Positions 58,366 through 64,000 of a stretch of DNA of 64,000 nt are shown here, in pieces (the first letter of the stretch is position 1; each line of letters starts with the position of its first letter). The notes beneath the pieces are model-generated. The model had not been told where the DNA came from. It did not search any database and saw only the letters and a list, made by a program, of their open reading frames with translations. Source of the DNA: an uncultured Gammaproteobacteria bacterium. GTDB taxonomy: Bacteria; Patescibacteriota; Microgenomatia; Daviesbacterales; UBA10151. The DNA is taken from assembly GCA_964547465.1 (NCBI GenBank), contig CAZJNI010000002.1:6043-70042 (forward strand), written 5' to 3'. The position numbers and the translations under genes are program-made.

Positions 58366-58953
58366 ATGATTAATAATACTAAATTACTAGTAATAGCAAG
58401 TTTATTGATCATAATTTCAGGTTTTAGTTTTCTTTGGTTTGGCCTGAAACCTTCGACTACTTCTCTTTCTACTTCACTCTTCAGCCCATCTCCTGTTGTG
58501 GAATCTGTTGAAGTTGCCACAAGCTCTGTGGTAGCCGGGCTGGATGGAGAAAGAGCCCGGGTTACAAAAGTTGTGGACGGGGACACATTTCAAATTAACG
58601 GGGAATTAACTGTCAGGTTTATTGGCATAGATACTCCGGAAACTGTTGACCCAAGGCGGCCGGTTGGTTGTTTTGGCAAAGAGGCCAGCAGTGAAACAAA
58701 AAGTCTGCTTTTCGGCAAAACTGTGATTTTACAAAAAGACATTTCAGATAAGGATAAATATGGAAGATTACTGCGGTATGTTTTTTTACCACTTGATGAC
58801 GGGAGGATCCTTTTTGTGGATGATTATTTAGTGAGAGAAGGATTTGCAAAAGTTTTAACTTATCCTCCGGATGTAAAATATAATGAGCAGTTAAGGGAAG
58901 CGGAAAAAGAAGCTAAGGAAAATGAGCGGGGGCTTTGGAAAGCATGCCAGTAA
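58366..58953 (+). CDS. Thermonuclease (SNase family)
   Basis: VVDGDT, VRFIGIDTPE, DKYGRLL.YV, LV.EG.A, RGLW. Confidence 0.95.
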   Translation: MINNTKLLVIASLLIIISGFSFLWFGLKPSTTSLSTSLFSPSPVVESVEVATSSVVAGLDGERARVTKVVDGDTFQINGELTVRFIGIDTPETVDPRRPVGCFGKEASSETKSLLFGKTVILQKDISDKDKYGRLLRYVFLPLDDGRILFVDDYLVREGFAKVLTYPPDVKYNEQLREAEKEAKENERGLWKACQ

Positions 58954-58983
58954 ATTTAAGGATATGATAAACTAAATTTAGTA

Positions 58984-59475
58984 ATGAAAAAGTTTATAGT
59001 TCAGTTTGTTTTTTTAATAATTGTAATAGGTATAGCTTTAGTTTTCTTTGGTCCCACAGGCGGAGGTAAAAATTTTGAGATCCCTTTCATACCTCAAAGA
59101 ACAACTTTGCAAACTCTGGAAATTGGGGCAAATAAAATTCAGGTAGAGGTTGCAGATACACAGGGTGAAAGAAGCAAAGGTTTGGGAGGCAGACAAAATT
59201 TAGCGCAAGATCAGGGAATGCTATTTATTTTCGATCATCCTGATAAATACCCATTTTGGATGAAGGGCTTAAGTTTTTCACTGGATTTTATTTGGATAAA
59301 AGGAAACCTGGTGGTTGATATTTTGCCAAATGTTCCACCACCGGTTGAAGGACAAGCAGACTCATCCTTACCTATTTACCAGCCAAAAGTTGAGATAGAT
59401 AAGGTTTTAGAGGTAAATGCAGGTACTGCTCAAAGATTAAATATAAAAGTGGGGGACACAATAAGTATAAAGTAA
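58984..59475 (+). CDS. DUF192 family protein
   Basis: VEVADT...R..GL, GMLF.F, FWMK.....LD.I, VLEVNAG. Confidence 0.92.
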   Translation: MKKFIVQFVFLIIVIGIALVFFGPTGGGKNFEIPFIPQRTTLQTLEIGANKIQVEVADTQGERSKGLGGRQNLAQDQGMLFIFDHPDKYPFWMKGLSFSLDFIWIKGNLVVDILPNVPPPVEGQADSSLPIYQPKVEIDKVLEVNAGTAQRLNIKVGDTISIK

Positions 59476-59524
59476 AAAATTCTAAGTAGAAAATTTTTTT
59501 CTTTTTACTTTTGACTTTGAACTT

Positions 59525-61048
59525 ATGATCGAAATACTGCCTATAAGATTACTGATTCCGGAAGACAGCCAAATTTTTGGTAAAATGGCTGTTTCTTTGG
59601 GGAAACTTCACAGAGCTGGATTGGCTGTGGCTTCTGGTGTGGTGGTGACTCCCCCGCTTTTAAAGCTGAAAACTGTTTTGGAACATTATGATTTTAAATC
59701 TAAAGAAGTTTTTGAACAGTCCTTAACTTTAGTAAAAAAAGAGATCAAGTCAATTCCTATACCTGATCTTTTAACTCGCGAGCTAGGCAAACATCACCAT
59801 TTTTTAGTTAATGAAAAGATTTTCAAATCTGTTAAGGAAGTTTGGATTGCTCTTTTAGATACCTGGTTGGAAGAAATTAAAGACAGACTTTGGAAAGAAG
59901 GGTTTCAGCAGGGGATGACTGAAAACCTGGAACCCCAGATTATTATTTTTATAAAAAAGATGGAAAGTTTAGGTTTAGCATATTTTGATAATCTGGCAGA
60001 TGACACAGTGATAAATGTTAAAGAAGGTAAGCTACATCCAAATGATTTAAAAAAATTGGATGAGTTGGTTAGGGAAGCGAATAAAAAATTATTTATCCCC
60101 CACCAGTATGAGTGGATGGTAGATGGAGGAGTAAAGTTGATTGGGATAAAGCCTTATACTCCAAGTCCGGATATGTCTACCTATCCCATACCAAACGTGG
60201 ACTCATCGCCCAAGGGCATGGGTAAAGAAATATATAAAGAGCTTTTGCCAAACGAAGCGAGAAGTACTATTAAAGTCTTCTTAGATTTATCATCAGGGTT
60301 AGTAGTAGAAAGAGAGGTTGACGGGGTTTATATTGCTTCTGAAAAAATATTTGATTTAAATAAAACTCAAGATTCTTTTGAAAATTTGGTTTTTAAAATT
60401 GTGGAAGCTGCCATAACTTTTCCAGACTCTCCGGTTTTGGTAAAGCTGGCAGATAAATCTGAAGGAATGGGTAAGGTAAGAGGAACTTTGCGGCTTTTGC
60501 ATCAGAAAAATTTATTTGATCCAATTGTCGATGCTCTGGATTTTGCCAGACACAAAAAAGCTCTGACCAATGTTCACATTGTGGTGCCATTTATCAGAGG
60601 AGTAAATGAGTTACTTCAGATCAAACGCGAGCTGGCAGTGAAAAAGTTATCAAGAAAAAATTCTTTGCAGCTTTGGATGGAAGTTTGCACCCCGGAAAAT
60701 ATAATAAATCTGGAAGATTATTTAATGGTAGGACTGGATGGGGTAGTCCTAAACTTAGATGAGCTAGTGTCTTTCTTAAATGGTTTTGACAATAGTGAAG
60801 GGGAATTAATTGCTTATAAAAATGAACTAAGTGGTTTATTAAAATTTTTGGAGGATGGATTAAAGTTGCTTCATAAATCCAAGATTCCTTTTATAGCCTA
60901 CGGAAGTTTAAGTTTATATCCACAGGTTCTGGAATTTTTAGTGGAAAAGGGAGTTTATGGAGTGGTGGTAGAGCGCTATGAAGCTCCTTCTGCAAAAGAG
61001 TTCTTACATCAGGTAGAGAGAAGATTAATTTTACGAAGAGTATCCTAG
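59525..61048 (+). CDS. Degenerate PEP synthase/PEP-utilising-like protein
   Basis: G.....LG.L..AGL.V..G.VVT N-terminus; N.H..VPF.R...E, L.R...L....M.E...N C-terminal barrel; no phospho-His motif. Confidence 0.65.
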   Translation: MIEILPIRLLIPEDSQIFGKMAVSLGKLHRAGLAVASGVVVTPPLLKLKTVLEHYDFKSKEVFEQSLTLVKKEIKSIPIPDLLTRELGKHHHFLVNEKIFKSVKEVWIALLDTWLEEIKDRLWKEGFQQGMTENLEPQIIIFIKKMESLGLAYFDNLADDTVINVKEGKLHPNDLKKLDELVREANKKLFIPHQYEWMVDGGVKLIGIKPYTPSPDMSTYPIPNVDSSPKGMGKEIYKELLPNEARSTIKVFLDLSSGLVVEREVDGVYIASEKIFDLNKTQDSFENLVFKIVEAAITFPDSPVLVKLADKSEGMGKVRGTLRLLHQKNLFDPIVDALDFARHKKALTNVHIVVPFIRGVNELLQIKRELAVKKLSRKNSLQLWMEVCTPENIINLEDYLMVGLDGVVLNLDELVSFLNGFDNSEGELIAYKNELSGLLKFLEDGLKLLHKSKIPFIAYGSLSLYPQVLEFLVEKGVYGVVVERYEAPSAKEFLHQVERRLILRRVS

Positions 61049-61103
61049 GGTGTCAATCTATATTCACCCCAGGGGTGTCCAAATTACAGGGGTGTCCAAA
61101 TTA
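61044..61103. repeat. Bipartite CACCCC-W-GGGGTG element plus 17-nt tandem duplication spanning two convergent stop codons
   Basis: cctagggtgtcaa-N8-caccccaggggtgtccaaattac-aggggtgtccaaatta. Confidence 0.7.
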
Positions 61104-61813
61104 AATAGTAGGGTATATTCTCCTTTGGGTCTGCCAGCTGGCAGATTTAGGGTTTCCAGCCAGTTACTAATAGTTTTCTTTTCCACACTTTGGTGAATTT
61201 TAGTTAATTCTTTTGCCAAAACTACTTCTATATCCCCAAAAACTTCTTTCATATTTTCCAGGGTTCTGAAAAGTTTATGTGGTGAAACAAACATTATATA
61301 TGTAGCTTTCATATTTTCATTATCTTCGCGGTCGCGAATAATTTGAAATAATTTTAATCTGTGGCCTGGTTTTTCCGGAGGATAACCTAGAAAGAAAAAT
61401 TTATCAGGTGGAAGACCGGAAAGTGTGAGGGCTGTAATAACAGAAGATGGGCCAGGAAGAGAGTCTACCTCAATCCCCTGGTGGATACACTCTCTGACTA
61501 ATTTATATCCAGGATCAGAGATAAGTGGAGTACCAGCATCAGAAACTAGAGCCAGGTTTTCACCAGACTTAAGTCTTTCTATAATTGCTGGAAAAGATTT
61601 AAATTCGTTGTAGTCATTTAGCACGATGAGCTGTTTATTAATTGGATTCCCGCCTTCGCGGGAATGACGGGAGAAAATTTTGTAATGATTTAAAAGGAGA
61701 GATGTCCTTCTGGTATCTTCACAAATTATTCCGTCCACGTTTTTTAAAACTTCAAGCGCTCTTAAGGTAATATCCCCTAAATTACCAATTGGGGTTGCAA
61801 TAATGTATAGCAT
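61064..61813 (-). CDS. rsmI: 16S rRNA Cm1402 methyltransferase, with palindromic in-frame inserts
   Basis: LYIIATPIGNL.DIT.RA, EDTR, VSDAGTP.ISDPG, PGPS, ELTK.H, KGE. Confidence 0.96.
   Translation of the reverse strand: MLYIIATPIGNLGDITLRALEVLKNVDGIICEDTRRTSLLLNHYKIFSRHSREGGNPINKQLIVLNDYNEFKSFPAIIERLKSGENLALVSDAGTPLISDPGYKLVRECIHQGIEVDSLPGPSSVITALTLSGLPPDKFFFLGYPPEKPGHRLKLFQIIRDREDNENMKATYIMFVSPHKLFRTLENMKEVFGDIEVVLAKELTKIHQSVEKKTISNWLETLNLPAGRPKGEYTLLFNLDTPVIWTPLG
61130..61145. repeat. 16-bp perfect palindrome in rsmI (LPAGR)
   Basis: tctgccagctggcaga. Confidence 0.7.
61643..61669. repeat. ATTCCC-N8-GGGAAT (dRS3-like) palindrome in rsmI (RHSREGGNP)
   Basis: tggattcccgccttcgcgggaatgacg. 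Confidence 0.8.
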
Positions 61814-61833
61814 ACGCTAAAAAATGAAGAAGC

Positions 61834-62283
61834 TTATCTTGTGACTGAAACTGGAGGAGTAATCATGCTTGGGGCTGTCACAGTTACTCTTCCACTTGAG
61901 TCCTTTTTAATGTTATATCCGGTTACATTAAGCGCCGGATCTTCATTACAAGTAGTAATTTCTGTGCCATTATTTACCCCTGGGTCTACTGGTAAAGCAG
62001 ATATATAAGTTGTCACAAGATCTGTACAAATCATTCCAGCATCTTTATCTGTGTCTGTAATTCCTGGAAGACTTCCTCTGTTATTTGCGGCGAATGCTCC
62101 GACTGCATTTAAAATTGCATTAATGTCATTTCGTCTTTTGGTATCATCTGCTTGACCGAATTGTTTAGATGGATTAATGGCAATTAAGACAATTGAAAGA
62201 AGTACTGCTAAAATTCCAATAACAACCAGCAGTTCAATTAATGTAAAACCTTTTTGTTTTATTTTCGGTACTAAATTTAGCAT
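61834..62283 (-). CDS. Type IV pilin / pseudopilin
   Basis: KGFTLIELLVVIGIL prepilin motif; LP.DP. Confidence 0.92.
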   Translation of the reverse strand: MLNLVPKIKQKGFTLIELLVVIGILAVLLSIVLIAINPSKQFGQADDTKRRNDINAILNAVGAFAANNRGSLPGITDTDKDAGMICTDLVTTYISALPVDPGVNNGTEITTCNEDPALNVTGYNIKKDSSGRVTVTAPSMITPPVSVTR

Positions 62284-62326
62284 ATTCTGACCCTTATTAT
62301 GCCATAAAAACATTACTTGTCAAGAA

Positions 62327-63118
62327 CTATTTTGTTGGAGTAATTTTTGCCGAAGGGGTAGCTGACTCCGATGCTTGCGGGTTGGGTGTAACTGCTTGTT
62401 GGCGAGTGTAAACTGTGGGAGTTAATGAGGGTTTTGATTGTGGACCTAGAAATCTATTGTATGAAAAAATAAAAAGGATTATTAGTAAGATTACAAAAAT
62501 ACCTGTTAGTATAACCAGCCTGGTATTTTTAAAAGAAGACATATAATTGGTATAGGATCTTTCCCGGTTTTCTGAACTAGAAATAAGACTATACTGTTTT
62601 ATTATATTAGTTTTATTAAGAAGTGCAAGCAGGGAAAATTCATCCTTGAGTTTGGGAATTATTTCCTCAAGTGTAGATACAGAAGTTATTGCTAAAACGC
62701 TAAATCCTTCTTCTTCAAATATATTATTGATTTCCTGGCAGAAGTTTTTATTTACTACTATAATTTTTTCTTTTTTTTGGATCTTGAAAGTTTTACTCTG
62801 TGTTTCTTCAAAAGGGACAATATCTAAAAACTTATTGATTTCGCTGTGTCGATCAGAGGCAGGTATACCTGAAATATCTTTTTCAAAGGTGGTATTTTTG
62901 CCAAGCAAAATAAAGACATTCATAGGCTCTATCTTTTTATTTTTTAAAAATTCCCGGATAAATTCTGTTAATTTTTCTGTACTAACTATTTCCAAATGAG
63001 AAAAAGCATTTTTCGGGATATCCAGCTCTAAGGATTTGGATTTCGGGACATTTGTTAAAAATAGTCCTTTATTTTTATCTATATAAAACAAAGCTTCGCT
63101 CTTTTTAGAAAAATTCAT
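62327..63118 (-). CDS. Hypothetical bitopic protein in pilin locus (possibly PilM/GspL-like)
   Basis: Cytoplasmic domain, one TM, Pro/Thr-rich tail; context only. Confidence 0.5.
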   Translation of the reverse strand: MNFSKKSEALFYIDKNKGLFLTNVPKSKSLELDIPKNAFSHLEIVSTEKLTEFIREFLKNKKIEPMNVFILLGKNTTFEKDISGIPASDRHSEINKFLDIVPFEETQSKTFKIQKKEKIIVVNKNFCQEINNIFEEEGFSVLAITSVSTLEEIIPKLKDEFSLLALLNKTNIIKQYSLISSSENRERSYTNYMSSFKNTRLVILTGIFVILLIILFIFSYNRFLGPQSKPSLTPTVYTRQQAVTPNPQASESATPSAKITPTK

Positions 63119-63120
63119 TA

Positions 63121-63504
63121 TTAGATTTCCTTCCAGGAGGAAATAGTGATCTTACCATCAGTATACACTGTTTGAATACGGATTTTCCTGTTGGCAGTCA
63201 CGGCAGTCCCGGCTCTACCAGTAGATACTATAGTTCCAGCTACACTGTCTATTTCAACTGTTGCATCAATTCCTTCTGTGATATCATATGAACCTGAATA
63301 GTTTGGGTCACGCAAACGGCGCAAAAGTCCATCTTCTGCCCCAGCTTCGCCGGCGTAGTAAGCCTCAAGGCCCAGTTCACTGTTTGTTGTTGAAAGATTA
63401 TTTGTAAAAACCACAGATACAGCAGCAGTGATAATTATTACAGCAATTACTGTAAAAAATATTAATGTTATTAAAGCTTGTCCTTTTTCAGTATTTTTTT
63501 TCAT
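63121..63504 (-). CDS. PilX-like minor pilin
   Basis: KGQALITL class III signal, A..AGE.G.E. Confidence 0.78.
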   Translation of the reverse strand: MKKNTEKGQALITLIFFTVIAVIIITAAVSVVFTNNLSTTNSELGLEAYYAGEAGAEDGLLRRLRDPNYSGSYDITEGIDATVEIDSVAGTIVSTGRAGTAVTANRKIRIQTVYTDGKITISSWKEI

Positions 63505-63510
63505 AAAACG

Positions 63511-64000
63511 CTACCTTGTACCGATTGTTGTCTGGAATGTTTCAGTCTGATTGTTCCCGCCTGTTTTTATAACTTTACTTTTAATAATAAAGCTGACTTG
63601 AACTGTATTATTTGTACCTCCGGAAATGCCGAGTGTTGTAAAGTTGAGATTAGAAATTGTGGTATCTGCGCTATTTAATTGATCAACTGTGGGGTTTGTA
63701 ATCAGCAAATTATTATTCCCATCAAGTGAATAAGTATAGTTTGTTCCGTCAACAATAATTTGTAGAGAAGCAGCTGAATTGCCAATAGCTGGACTAACAA
63801 TTGAGCTAGCCCGGTGAATATCATAGGAAAGTCTGGAGGTAATAAATCTGCCATCCTGGGTGACACTGGAAGTGGCTTCAGACTCCAGTTTTACATCCAA
63901 AATAGAACCAAAAAACCGCATTAAGGTAACCAGCAAAATAGAAAAAATTCCCATATACAAAAGCATTTCTACAAGACTGAAGCCACGTTCATGTGATAAA
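63511..64000 (-). CDS. PilW/PulJ-like minor pilin, 5' end probably outside the window
   Basis: RGFSLVEMLLY read upstream of the tracked ORF start; RL..DI..A. Confidence 0.8.
   Translation of the reverse strand, partial: LSHERGFSLVEMLLYMGIFSILLVTLMRFFGSILDVKLESEATSSVTQDGRFITSRLSYDIHRASSIVSPAIGNSAASLQIIVDGTNYTYSLDGNNNLLITNPTVDQLNSADTTISNLNFTTLGISGGTNNTVQVSFIIKSKVIKTGGNNQTETFQTTIGTR

Noticed and set aside
47-63678. Many short antisense or nested ORFs in the track
   Set aside because: They lie within confidently assigned genes and show no motifs.
63982-64000. Possible fourth ACGTT hairpin copy (gccacgttcatgt)
   Set aside because: Cut by the window edge and also explained by the prepilin HERGF codons.

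Overview
AT-rich bacterial chromosome segment using genetic code 11. Gene content (glyQS-type GlyRS, IleRS2, DUF4012, PaaX/Cas2-like gene, GT-C glycosyltransferases, type IV pilins, near-leaderless genes) suggests a Patescibacteria/CPR genome, probably Microgenomates (inference). It carries a dcw cluster (mraZ-rsmH-ftsL-PBP-murE-murB-murA-murF-mraY-ftsW-murG-ftsQAZ) with inserted accessory genes, ileS-rodA-rplU-rpmA-parB-lepB, a tRNA-Val islet, a glycosylation locus, polX-lemA-htpX, a PIN toxin-antitoxin pair, gatCAB, dnaE, six intact tRNAs and pilin genes. The most unusual signals are: (1) a wHTH/Cas2-like gene that exactly fills the space between two 36-bp dyad, CRISPR-repeat-like direct repeats; (2) a small GIY-YIG nuclease between a hairpin-interrupted tRNA-Val 5' half and an intact tRNA-Val that contains its stop codon; (3) several families of short palindromic elements, many in frame inside housekeeping genes, plus a RAYT-like transposase carrying its own REP; (4) a sigma factor with duplicated sigma4/HTH modules; (5) degenerate Mur enzymes and a duplicated murA 5' end. 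All product calls rest on motif recognition by eye; no database searches were run.
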